DNA of 46,504 bases from Coniocarpon cinnabarinum (GCA_051942205.1 JAVECO010000023.1:124001-170504), one strand, 5' to 3'; shown: positions 11,212 to 23,306, counted from the stretch's first letter. The notes: generated by a model from the letters alone, not told the origin. A program made the numbers and translations.

Positions 11212-12559
11212 TTAGATCTTGGGATTGTCTTTCCAAACAAATGGCTCATCTTTGTTGGGAAGCTGACTCCGCAACGCATGGCCATAATCGCCAGCGTTTG
11301 GTGTTCCTGTCGATTCACATGTGAATACGTTACTGATAAACCTTCCTCATATTCTACTACTTACGCAAGATTGTGTGAATGTGGAATTTTGCTGGCTCCT
11401 CGTTCGCCAGGAACACCCCGCTATGATGATCAAATTCGACAATCATGACCGGGCTTTGGAGCCGGAAATAGAACGGATCAGAGTTGCTGAATCCACCAAT
11501 CCAACAGAAAAAAGTTTCATCAAAGAAACCTCGACATCGATCAAGTTGCATTTCCCTTGATCTCTTTGGGAGATATAGCAGATACGCGTCAAGAATGTCG
11601 AGAACCAATGCTTGCTGCTCGAGACCCATCTCACCAACTCTTACACCTTCATTGGGTACTATGCGATTGTCCTGGTACGCGCCCAGAAGATGCCTCTGGT
11701 CATCATGATTCCATCGCCCTCTGGGCATGCTGGGATCCTTCATTAGCTTGAACAATTGCGCTTTTCTCTGCAGGTCAGTTCCTAATTGTTGCATTAATTT
11801 TAACCCTGCCGTTTCCTCCCGCCGCATGATTTTCAACCCCGCATGAGGTCCTCGATCGATCTCGTTTGGCTCAGCACCAGTAAACCATGGACTCAACACA
11901 ACTTGTCGCCCGGAAAAGAACGCATTGAGACACAAGTGGTGGCCATAAAAGGACCACCCCCATGCCTCCGAAGTTGAGGGTTTGCCAAAGAACACAATGT
12001 TATACGAATACTCGTTCATTACACGAGAACCATTGCACAGCTCGCCTAGGAAATGGTTAACTCGCATGGCGCTGCGAGCCTTGTCGTAGCCCTCTGGAGA
12101 TAATGAAGCTTTCAAAACATTTAGAGCCGCGTCCTGCAAAAGCTGGTCGACTTCGTCAAGACGAATGCCCTTGTTACTGAAGAGGAATTCAGGGTTGGAC
12201 CATGTGCGCCATGCAGGTGAGTCCACGTGATAACACAGCTTTGTCCTTTGTGCATCATCGAGAAGACCCATCAGCTTTTGAGCCGATGCAACGATGTTTT
12301 CAATCTCTACTCCTTCGTCTTGGAGATGGAATAGTCCCGGCCGCACATGCCCGTCGGTCGTTACACCTTTGAAAGGGGCCTCCAGTTGCCTTTGCCAATG
12401 GTCATAAAGCGCTTTCAGCCACGGGGGACGGCTGTATTGGTGGAAACTTTGGACATGATCATGGGCGGATGACTTGGCAAGGTCCACGAAACGTGGTGTC
12501 GTGAGGTCAGGGAGGTATGCTCGGAACTCACCAGTAGTTTTGTTGCTTTCCACCGACAT
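11212..12559 (-). CDS. DUF3500 domain-containing protein, about 429 aa; intron 11307-11364
   Basis: WRTWSNPEF, GIRLDE, WGWSFYGHHLCLN, PWFTGAEP, FYFRLQSPVMIVEFDHHSGVFL. After splicing a GTAAGT..ACAG intron the C-terminus reads FHIHTILRTPNAGDYG, the typical DUF3500 ending. Confidence 0.85.
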
Positions 12560-12843
12560 GTTCCAAGTTAACGACGGAGACAATGATCGATGCTGAGAAC
12601 AGTGCTTGATCGTGAGAGCTTTTGGCACTTCACAATAATTGGGTTATACTTTCGGCCGAGGTATCGCCGGCTATCCTCATCGGGGCTTCCGACCCGAGTC
12701 ATGTGCTGAGCTGCCCAGGACGTCACTCGCCCAAACAGCCCATGGAGTGTTGCGAGTACAGACTTCACTCGATGAAGCTGCGCAAAGAGTAGATCAGCAA
12801 AAGTTCTCGAACATCGTACCGCCATCTCAACTTCCTCCGCATC

Positions 12844-13440
12844 ATGGCTCCTCTGACCACACCTACTGGCCAGCCCTTTCGCCTGCTCACTGTCAACAAA
12901 GCTCCTGAGCGCGCCTTTCGACTCGTTGGGAAAGTTGCAAATGACCTTCAGGATGGCGGTGTTGTATTGCTCGAGCATGTAGGTAATGCAGCGAGCCTCG
13001 AGGAGGTCGAGAGTAAGTTACGGGAGTTGAGACCGGATGTTCTGGTAAGTAGCACCGCTTCCGTGAAGGAGTCTCATGACTTGAGATATGAACTTTTCCG
13101 ATTCAAACCAGCACGTGGTGTCTCGCATGCTCTCTGATTTCCTACTGGACCCGCTCACGCGTACTCCCTCTCCTGACCCCTTGGATCCAACTGATAAAAC
13201 CAGATGGCAGCCTCGATGTGGACTCCAGCCGAGTCATCTCACGCCTTCGAGCTAGGCCGTCGAATCGTGGGTGAAAACCTCATCACACACGCGATACCGG
13301 AAGGGATGCAAGTCGAAAAGGGGCCAGATTTCGTGGTGCAGTATTTGAAGGACACTTTGCCGAGTGTGATCAGGCAAAATTTGGACTCGAAATTGGCCGA
13401 TGGAAGGGCTGGAGAGGCCGTGGAAGGAGGGAAACTGTGA
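12844..13440 (+). CDS. Small fungal hypothetical protein, 145 aa, alpha/beta (receiver-like); intron 13045-13203
   Basis: Two track ORFs join in phase 0 through GTAAGT(13045)..CTGAT..CAG(13203): PFRLLTVNKAPERAFRLVG...RPDVL|MAASMWT...THAIPEGMQVEKGPDFVVQYL. Confidence 0.8.
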
Positions 13441-14714
13441 CAAAGCGGCTGCCATGGGATGATGCGTGCAAAAGAGGGGGTGCGACTGATGAGACTGAGT
13501 GGAGAGAGCTCTTTTGCGATGAAAGTTGGCACTGATCATTTCGAGTTCCAACGCAATCAGCTGAACAGACTCGAAGCCATTGAGGAGCAAAGCGCCATTG
13601 CCATGAGACTGCATCGACTTGTTCGCATAAGTGAGCCCACGTAGTTGCCATTCTTGGGTGGTCGCTATTCTTCCATCACAGGGTTCTGACCAGCCCCCTT
13701 CCCACCATGTTTTCCCTTGGGAATGTGTCAGCATGTGTCAGCATGTTTAACATGTCGTTTTATCATAGATCATGAGAATTTACGACCATCTTCACGTTGG
13801 GGCAGAATTTTGGAGGAGCTCGTGGAGGACTAATCGCATGGTTGCTAACAGTGAGATTCTGGCGTCAGCAGTCCTAGGCCTACGGATACTGCATATAACG
13901 TAGTATTTCTATGAGGAATCCAGACGTTTCGAATCCCATAGAAAAATTTCACGTTTCGCTCAGTATCACTCTGAAGGATGTTGATTTTGGCTCTACGGCA
14001 AAGCAGCTGCGCTAGAGCATCCTATCTACCTACCGTCATGATTAACCCTAAGCTCCACGAGCACTTGGGAAGTCATGAATCCCATAAGAAAATCGCCGAT
14101 AACATTGAATGTCTCTTGCAAGCATATGAATTTCATTCCAATAGTCGATAATGTAGCAACTATGCTGGCGTGATAAGTAGATCAGGATATAGAAAATCAA
14201 TCCCGGTGCCTAGCGTACATTACTGCGGCATCCTGTGTCCAGGCTCGCCCACCAGCCATGACCGTACCCTATCCATTTCTTGATTTAGGGTCTTGATGTT
14301 TCAATGTATTCACTAACACACAGCTGGTGTAGGCATGGGCCGTGCGTGACTCTGGCTGATTCGCACGTGACAAGTGACTTGTTAAGGCGGTCTCACCGTC
14401 TCGATGGAATATCCTATTCAGCCATTTCTGGCTTGCGGTGAGGCCTGAGTCTGCAGGCAAGTACATTCGTTTCTCACGAGAGATATAACTGCTGCTTGAA
14501 CTTCCCTCCTTCCTTCTATTTCTTGACAGGTGTTTCGCATCTGACAGGCTACCTGCGTGTTGTCGTGATCGTTTGCTGGACTGTTACTTGCGCGTCGTCG
14601 AGTGGGGTTGCTGTCAAGCTCGCATCTTTTCCTGGTTTCCCTTTCGGGGCCAGCTCTCTAGGTACATCCTCTTTTTCGGTTTCCCTCTAGGGGCCGGCTC
14701 TTTTCACAGCCACA

Positions 14715-16335
14715 ATGGCATATATCTGGTCGACACCCATTAAGAGGCCTTTGCTTCCTCCCGTCGACAACAAGCCCGGACAGCAACTCGTGGATGGATC
14801 ACATGAACTGACCCACAAAGAGGTCAACCCTGCCTGGTTCTCTGGTGTCAATTTGCAGTGGAATGACGAGAATCTCACCTTGCCTGTTGCTAGTAGTCCC
14901 TTTCTGTTAGAGCCTCGAGGGACAGACTACATGAATTTTCCGCATGTCAAACTGCCAAAAGACAATCATGGCAAACCCAGACGAATCTTTGCGACAAATT
15001 CAAGAAGGGGGTCAATGGTAGTAGTCAACGCTCTGGGACAGCAGACAGATTTTGGCGCTCCTCTTGATTCGAAGGAAGAGGGGTTGCTTTTTCATGTGAT
15101 TATGACCACGCAGCTCCCTTCCCTCTACGTCAGGTTCTTTAAAAGAGTGTCAGAGAAGCATCGTGTCGAGCACCGCGTTTTTCTGCATGGAAACACGTCA
15201 ATGCGAAAGGCTATTTACTATAGTCCTGAGACAATACGGCGCAATCAATTCAAGGAATTTACAGTGCCCTCTCGTCATCAAATAGCTGCACAAGAGGGAC
15301 GACTCTTGGCAGTTTCGATAGAATTCGGATCCACACAGGCTCGGCAGCGATACTTGAACTCGGTCGGGGTCTTGTACGGCGGCCAAAGAATTGAGAATGG
15401 TGGCTCTACGATCTCTGATCGATGGCAAAGTCACCAGGAAATGAGAGCTACCTTCGAGACGGAAAACATCAGTCGATTTGACCAAGCAATCAGAGCCATT
15501 CTCACCGTCCAAAAGGGCAGGGTTGTCTTTATGCGCCAAATGGCCAAGGACGAGCTGCCCTGTATGGTACGCATCAACGCTGAGTATGACGCGTGGTGCG
15601 AAATGATGCAGCTTACCATCGACTATGGCACATTTTGGTTTTACAAAATGCAAGGACAATTCAATCTAAATTCGGGAACATACTTTGCTCATTGGAATCA
15701 AAAGGTGCAAAAGCCTCCTCCAGTTCCCCATTGGCTCGTTACCAAGTTCCGTGCAAAAGTAGTAAGACAGCGATTAATAGAGCTCAAACCGCTTGAGTGG
15801 GCAGCCATCGTTCGTGCACCGTCAACGAACGCCGGGAATGTTAAAGACTAGATGCTGCCAAATGCCGATGATGCTGCCTTCCTTCATGAGCTGAGCCTTT
15901 CGCGTGGAAGGCATTGGAGGCACGAAGTCAAAGAAGCGACGTCTCCAAAGCCACGAACGCATCAAGCGACTATCAAGCGTTCGACGGTGAATTCGGCTTT
16001 GCTAGATGTGGAGTTCACCGTTGGAGTCAACGTGGACACAGGCGCGCTGCTCAGGACCGGTCCTCTGATCCTGCCCGCACCTGGCTGTACTGTCACGGTA
16101 GAGGTGCCCGTGGCGGACGACAAGCCTGCAGCTGCCGAGACGCAAGGCGTGGAATTTATTGATGACAGTGCCTTAGAAAGTCGATGAAACCGCCCCTTTT
16201 ACGCGGGTTTCTGAGACGTCTACATCTGTCGAACCACAGACGCTGGACGATTGGAACGCCTTCGACCAGCCCCAGCAGCAGCTACAAGAGCGCATTTGGT
16301 CAGATGATGGTGTCGGCGAGGCCACTGACTGGTAG
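14715..16335 (+). pseudogene. Large hypothetical-protein gene disrupted by an in-frame TAG (15849-15851) and a probable frameshift near 16180
   Basis: The 378-aa ORF continues in the same frame immediately after a single TAG for 111 more codons. A protein-like stretch then follows in another frame (16180-16335, VDETAPFTRVSETSTSVEPQTLDDWNAFDQ...). Confidence 0.5.
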
Positions 16336-16858
16336 AGAAGATAATGACATTTTTGTGTACAGTATGACTGCAACTGAAGATTGCTGCTTGTGGATGGTGT
16401 GTGAACAGTCGCCGTTTTCCAGCGTATATGTACATCCGCATTGCCCGAGATTTCGCACCCTGCCCAAACTCTTCCTGCATCTACGCGAGGCATGTGTGGC
16501 CTTGAGGAGCCTTCGGCATGAATTGCAAAGATGACATGAAAATACTTTCAGGCCAAAGTGTGCATCAAACATGATACCGATACGCAGGAATCAAGACGAA
16601 CATTCGACCATCGATGATCAATGGACGAGAGTCGGAATGCACTCAAAAAAGAAAAAAAAAAGAAAAACCTATTACCCTCGAGACAGGTTTCAATATATCA
16701 AAGCTTTCACATGCGTTTACCTTCTCTATTTCAGACCTATTAGAACAACGTTCCCCAGCTTGTTTGCACTCGCAGCCGCGTCAGACACTCCACCCTCATA
16801 CCCCTGGCCCAGATCGCCGCATGCTTGCCAACGACTTTCAATTCCAATGATGTGTCAT

Positions 16859-17502
16859 TCACGGCTGACCGTCAAATTGGCACAGGCGGATCGTGAAGTC
16901 TGGTCCGGTAGGCACGCTATCCAAGGGAACAGTGAACACCTTGGCGGGATCCATGTCTGCAACGCCGTTGCGAGCATTTGGACAGGTCGCCCCGTCGGTG
17001 ACTGCCGGGCAGGTAACCGCGTCGTGTCCACCGTTCGTTAGGACCTCGTAGCCCTTCGCTTCAAAGCCAAAGGGACTATCGTTGATAAACGAGTAGAAAA
17101 AGGTATTAGAGTCCGCATTGGGGCTATAACTGAACGAGAGAGGATCTGACAAGTCCTTTTTGAATGAAAAGGAAATCAAATTTGGCACAGGGGGCTCAAC
17201 GGCGGGGTCTAAGCCTCGTCAGTAAGGGCTACGGTGGCATTTATGACCGTTGTGGTAGAGCAAAACATACTCGTTGGGTGAACCCATCCAGGGCATACGC
17301 CGGGCGCGATCTCAGTCGGGTCATATGCTGTGGGAGCACCGCCATATGTTGGGGGATTGGCAGAGGCAGGAGGGCTCTCGGTTCCGTCGTATGTTTGGAC
17401 GTAGACTGGATCAGTGCACTTGTTGTCGACATAGATGTTGCCCGCCGCAGCAAGGCTGGCGGCGGCAATAAGAACGAGTGGTGTGGTGGAGGTGAGCATC
17501 AT
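16859..17502 (-). CDS. Small secreted protein, BYS1/thaumatin-like, about 193 aa; intron 17209-17270
   Basis: Hydrophobic signal (LVLIAAASLAAA) then GNIYVDNKCTDPVYV. A GTATGT..ACTGAC..TAG intron joins the two track ORFs in frame. C-terminus ...TCP...TCPNA...DFTIRLC. Confidence 0.7.
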
Positions 17503-19023
17503 GAAAGGATGTTGAGAAATCCCTTGATTTTTTTGAAGAGTAGACGGGTTGTGACTTGGGGTTAAGAGTGATTGTATTATTGTTGAAGAGGACTGTGTAG
17601 AGATGTTACGAAATTGATGGCATTCGCGAACCCTCTTTATGTGCTTGCCACATTGCTAGACGCACGGGTCAAGCGTCCGGAAACATCATCGCCAAAAGCT
17701 GACCGCAATGGCACTTCCGGGAAGGGCCAAAATAGAAAGGCCATACGAGGTCTCGAAGTTCCGTCTTGGCATGATCCTGGCGAAGTGAGCTTTGGAGCAC
17801 AGAAGTCCGTCCATCGTGATCCGCCAGCTGCTCATGGCGTTGGGAAGCCCGTGCAACACTTCACTTCATAACACGGATTCGTTCTAAAATTAAAACCACA
17901 ACACACCGTGCTTGGCGAGAGACGTCGCTCGACTAAGCAAGCCATCGTGCCATACTCACAGCGAGAGGATGCATCTGGATAGGCTATTCACCTTACAACT
18001 CCTGGCGACTAACGTGGATGTTCGTGGCTTCTGATCCATCCGCCGCCGGATGTTCTCGTGGGTGTGAGTACTCTTCACGGCAAACGCTCATCCGGCAACC
18101 AAGCGCAAAAACAGCAGTGATTTACTCAAGAAAGTGAGAGGCGAGCGTGGTAGGATTGTGGTAGAGGGAGCGCATTGCATGGGGAGACGTTGCAGCGGGC
18201 TGGGTCATTTCCGCCGAGCGGCATGAACCATCGAGCCCGCGTTGCGGCTTGCACAGTAACAAGAGACTAGAGCAAGGGGCGAACTCTCTTTCGACGGCCG
18301 GCTCGCAGGATGCTCCCTTCGGAGGCTCTACGATGCTATTCTCGTCGAGGGCCAAATGAACACGATTGCTTACAAGCATCACACGAGCCTCACTGCTCAG
18401 GAAGATGGATGTGTTCGCATTGAATCTGGCTCTGCAGCATCGCGTTTCTCTTTATTGTTCCGTAGACAAATAGATGGCTTCGGCGGACTAGATATTCCAA
18501 GTCCTAGGAGCACGTTTCCACTGCTTGATAACTGCCTCTGCTCTGAATGCTCTCGAAGCAGTCATTACGCCCCGGCGGGTGGCGGTCTCCCAAGGTCAGG
18601 CGGGCCTCATGGCCGGGACCCCTCGGGCGACCGTGTGGAAGGGTGACCTTTCGCAAGACCGGGTCAGATGACGGAGGTCGTGTTTCATGGTGAGCACGGC
18701 TCGAGGCGACTTTCGGCTTGGGCGAGAGGCTGAGGCTATGCATGGTTTGAGAGTCAGTAGCAAGCGGGCTGCGGGTGGCGGCAAGGTACTGCCGTGCTGA
18801 GGTCTGGAGGATCGTCCGCCAAGCTGCGGTTCACGCCTTTGGGGCTGCAAATAGAACGCTTTCATTCTCTCACCCTGCCTGCAGCATATATACATCACGT
18901 GAGTCTTCTACAGCCACGTGACCTAAGAAACATCGGATGGTTATGCTAGTATCTGCTTCTTGAATCCCCAGCGCACTGCAATGCTCACTGCGATGCCCAC
19001 TCGCCTTCCTCAAACCCCTTCAT

Positions 19024-20365
19024 TCAAGTGGTGTTCGATGATTGTCGGGCATTTATCAGCGCTGCATTCATCTCGCTGTCCACGTCCACACCAAAGAGCC
19101 ATGCATACTGTCCTTTGCCATCCTCAAGCTCTCGAACGTCCCTCTCCAAGCCCTTCTCTTGCCTCTCCCGCTCCCCCTTTGGTAGTCGTTTGACTTGCAT
19201 AATCTGCGCCAGACGCGCAACGCCCTCGAGTCGCTCTTTCCGCCAACTCTGCCACACCTCGAGCGCCTTGGTCGCCACCAGCGAACCGGTGGACACGGCA
19301 TTGAGTGCCAGGGCCAGACTGGAGACGCTCTCGATCGCCTGATTGACACCCTGACCAGTCAATGGATGCACTGCATGTGCTGCGTCGCCAACGAGCACGA
19401 TGCGACCCGATAGCGCGCTCCATTCTTCAAGAGGTGGAATCACATAGAACGGCCACATGAACAAGGAATCCTGGTGCTGACACATGGAATCGATGAGCAT
19501 TCTGTTCACCTTGCCCCAACTGTCGTAGTCCTGCCGCAGCATGGCCTTGAGTCGATCCTTATCTGACTGCAAGGCTGCCCAACCAGTGCGATCCAACTCT
19601 TCATGTGGCTTTTGAGTCGCAACCATGGCCATGCTATCCTCGGCATCCTCTGGAAACATCAACACCGCCCCGTTCCGGCCAGAGATGGCCAGCGCGCGGT
19701 TGCTGCGATCCAGTGTCATCTCACTTCTGGGCACATAGCTCCGGATGCCGACAAGCCCACTGTAGGCAGCTTTGGCGTCTGGGAAGATCGATCTGCGGAC
19801 TCTTGAGCTGATGCCGTCTGCACCAACAAGCATGTCGGCGCTCCGATTTTCACCATTAATTCCAAAGATCACAGCACCGTCAACGGGCTCCTGCACAAGC
19901 CCAGTGAATTTCGCGTCGTACACAACTTCTACCATATTTTCTTCTTCGCTGATTGCCGCCTGCAGCTCTTCAACAAATGTCTGTCGCATCACACGCAATG
20001 CTTTGTACTGGTACAGGGATTCGTGGCCACAGCAGTGACGGTCGATCAGCTTGCCCTCTTCTGTGGTAAAGTCGAGGTTCTCGAACTGATAACCCTTGTC
20101 CACGATCCTTCGATACACTCCGAAGTGGTCAAGAATCCGAAGTGCGTTAGGCGACAGCAGTATGCCACCGCCAATGACTTTGGGTATGGAGTGGCTCATC
20201 TCGAAGACGGTGCTACGGATGCCTTGCTTGCTCAGCGCAAGCGCCAAGGTCATGCCCTGTATTTGGTGAGTGAATACACATCTTGCATCTGTATACACAT
20301 CTACGACTTACCGAGGGGCCCCCACCAATGATTGCAACATGCTCAGGCTTGAGGAGTGGCGACAT
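19024..20365 (-). CDS. FAD-dependent monooxygenase (group A flavoprotein hydroxylase-like), about 428 aa; intron 20257-20311
   Basis: Exon 1 MSPLLKPEHVAIIGGGPS|GMTLAL gives GxGxxG; DMLVGADGISSRVR (DG motif); IVLVGDAAHAVHPLTGQGVNQAIES (GD motif). Confidence 0.9.
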
Positions 20366-21305
20366 AGTGCTCGTCTCTAGGTTCTATGCTCAATCGCGAT
20401 GGACCCCAAAACCTTTTGAGACATTCGAGTCGACTTAAAGGAATTCAATCCACGTGACTCGGCGGCATTGTTTGCCCGCAGTCGATGCTTTGGGCAATCG
20501 CTGGGCAGACCTTCAGCTGATATTCCTGGGGCGAAACGTCTCACGTGACGTTAGGCCAATTCTCGATTTGCAGTCATTTCCTAAGCCACCACAGTCCTTT
20601 TGTCTGCCTCTCTGAGATGGAGCAGACATATCTCCATCTCAAACATGACCCAATAGCTTGTCAACAAATTTTCTCTGTGTTTCTGTTACCATGCCCACCT
20701 TTCCAAACGCTTACTACCTTTCCTTCGAGTTGCTCCTCGTGCGCGACATTTGCGCGCAAAATGTTGAGCTCTTTCCGACTTGCTTGAAGTATGCCAGAAG
20801 CTGTGAGGAACACCAGCTACCTCACAGCTTCCAAACCTTTGCACTGAGAGCAAGTAGTCCTTGCTCTGCTTGCCTTGTGATCCGCCGAAACAAATCTCAG
20901 TCTTTTCAGTGCACGGCCTCTAGAAACTCGAGCATTTAATTGCCATGAGCTCTTTTCCTCTTCAACGATGCCAATCCAATCAGACACTTTGCTGCAAAGC
21001 CTGAAATGCACTGTGGGTGCAGCGTTGCGTTGCTTTTGGCCTTGACCCCTGTGCAGTCCTGATGTTTGGTTAACCTGGACAGCGAGAGAAACACTGTGCG
21101 CCAAAGCAATAATGGCTCGCCTCTGCATCGTATCAAATACTAAAAGGCCGCCTAATAACCAGGTGTGTTGTGCAACAGAATTACCGAACCTAGTGAGAAA
21201 TTGCAAGTCCATATACAATTGCCCTAAGCTTCGACAAACATCTAGCTTTCGCCACCTTACCTACGTCGAGTATTTTGAGGGTTCTGTTAGATATCAGAAT
21301 TCGGG

Positions 21306-23306
21306 ATGGGTCCGCATCACAGCAGCTCTAGCCATCGTCATCGATCCGCGTCGTCTCACGAGGAGGAGGCGCCTCTCTTATCGGAAGATCGCCACCGCAG
21401 CTCCCGAGCTTCTGGCTCGACTCAACCGCCTTCGTCCTCTTCAGCAGCCAAACGCTACTACGTTCAAGCTAGCTCAACCTCTCGACCATCAGCCACAATG
21501 GAAAGCTCTCCACATAACGATTCGCGCTCACGGTCTGAGTCTGGTTCTCGAAGGGACCCTTCCCCTGCTCGAGCCTACTCAACCTCGCGTAGACACGACC
21601 CATCGAGCCATTCTTCTCGCTCCCATATTGCATCCGTGAATGACCGGGCCTCTCGAGATTACGAGGACCCGGGCCGTGGGAGGAGCCGGAGTTGCAACCA
21701 CGGTCCACGTCCGCTTGCCCCTGCATCGAAGCATCCACTGCCCGACCCGTCTGTACCTCGATACGAATCTACTTTCTCGATTGTCTCCAGGGGTCTGTCA
21801 CGCCACTTGAGCTCGGCTTCATCTTCAAAAAGCTCGCATCGAGGCGGCGAAGGCCGCGGCCGGAGTCGATCCCGTCATGATCAAGATAGAGAATCTGCTG
21901 GGCAACATGACCGTGGCGTGAAAGCGTCAAAAGGTCGTTCATCGTCTCGCTCGGGGTCTTTCCGAAATGGACTTTCCAACGCCAAGGGAGGACCTTCCGA
22001 GTACGAGTCTGCGTATGTCAACACTCATCGCGGTGGCGACTTCGTTCCTGAATCCTCAGAGGCAGCAAACTCTCGTCATTCGTCCTCCCGCAGCGGCTCT
22101 GTCCACAGCTCTGAACTTGCCAATTATTCTCGGCATCATCCTGTGAAGGGTTATGGGTCTGGCAGTACTGTGTCGAGCGGATACAGCTCTTCTCATAGGA
22201 CTTCATCAGACAATTACCACTACTCAGAAGATGCTGCCTCTCAGGCCAGCTCAACGCGGAGCCGTCTGTCGGAAGTAAGCTCTTCTCAGAGCTCGCAAAC
22301 CCATTCTTCGTCATACAGTGAAGCTTCTTCTACCGGCAGCGATAGATATCAACCAAGTGAGCCATCAACTGTTATGCCAACCACTCGCAAACCGCGAGCA
22401 TATGAGCCATGGGAAGACTCTCGGTCCAACTCACGAAGCGCCCGTGAAGCTGCGAAAGAGACAGGTCGTCCAAGCATCCCGCCTCTGAGAGAGCGAGCTA
22501 AACTCGGCAACGATGGTCGGCCCTCATTTACATCCGGTTCGCCTACGCCGCGACAGCATGACCTAGAATCGCAGAGCAGTCACCATTCCTCTGGTCTCCG
22601 TAATGCTTGGCCTTCGCCTTCACAGGTCTCAGCAATAGAGCGCGCTGAAGACATGATGGGCGCGTCCAAGGACCGCTTTGAGAAGCCTCTGTCAACTGTC
22701 ATGGAGTCTCAAGCACCATCTCGAGCATCATCTCACGTGTCTCGAGCATCCTCTCAGGTGTCTAGAGCCCCAACGTATATGTCTCAGCAGACGCGTACTT
22801 CAATTCGTACTCCCACCGGCTCGACGATTGGCCCAGGCGCACCATCATCGGTGTTTAGCTCAGCGAGTGAAACTCCTGCCTCAAGCGTGTCGTCTCATCA
22901 GAGTGCAGCGAGCTCCCACCAGAAGAAGTCCAGTCGACATGGGTCCTCAGGTTCGAGTCAATATCACACGCCAGCAGAATATCACCACCAAAGCCACTCA
23001 GGCTCATCTGCGTCTAGTTCTGTCTCTGCCAGCTCATCTCGGACTCCAACTGGCTATGATCCGCGAAGCTTTCGTGCCAGGGCTGAGTCCGTCGCTTCGG
23101 ATAGTACTGCCCGGCCTGCACCAGCACATGGCCAGCACGGCAGCAGCCACGGCAAGTCTTCGGAAAATCACAGCTCAGCTTCGAGTCGCCACACTGTAGT
23201 CCCTCAAGGTGAGTCTCACCGTCGTAGTAGCTGCGCCTCTAATAACCTCGTGCACCAGTGGTCGAATGAAACACTATACCCAGAAGACTCGATTAGCAAC
23301 TGTTGA
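21306..23306 (+). CDS. Ser/Arg/His-rich low-complexity hypothetical protein, 666 aa
   Basis: 2-kb uninterrupted ORF with varied Ser codon use. Contains GRGRSRS motifs and a 21-nt tandem repeat (SRASSHV/SRASSQV/SRAP) at 22719-22770. Confidence 0.7.
   Translation: MGPHHSSSSHRHRSASSHEEEAPLLSEDRHRSSRASGSTQPPSSSSAAKRYYVQASSTSRPSATMESSPHNDSRSRSESGSRRDPSPARAYSTSRRHDPSSHSSRSHIASVNDRASRDYEDPGRGRSRSCNHGPRPLAPASKHPLPDPSVPRYESTFSIVSRGLSRHLSSASSSKSSHRGGEGRGRSRSRHDQDRESAGQHDRGVKASKGRSSSRSGSFRNGLSNAKGGPSEYESAYVNTHRGGDFVPESSEAANSRHSSSRSGSVHSSELANYSRHHPVKGYGSGSTVSSGYSSSHRTSSDNYHYSEDAASQASSTRSRLSEVSSSQSSQTHSSSYSEASSTGSDRYQPSEPSTVMPTTRKPRAYEPWEDSRSNSRSAREAAKETGRPSIPPLRERAKLGNDGRPSFTSGSPTPRQHDLESQSSHHSSGLRNAWPSPSQVSAIERAEDMMGASKDRFEKPLSTVMESQAPSRASSHVSRASSQVSRAPTYMSQQTRTSIRTPTGSTIGPGAPSSVFSSASETPASSVSSHQSAASSHQKKSSRHGSSGSSQYHTPAEYHHQSHSGSSASSSVSASSSRTPTGYDPRSFRARAESVASDSTARPAPAHGQHGSSHGKSSENHSSASSRHTVVPQGESHRRSSCASNNLVHQWSNETLYPEDSISNC

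Noticed and set aside
13722..13746. Short tandem repeat ATGTGTCAGC x2.4
   Set aside because: Too short; ordinary slippage duplication in intergenic DNA.
16644..16667. A-rich tract, possible retroposon poly(A) tail
   Set aside because: No target-site duplication or element body found; lies in a 3' intergenic region.
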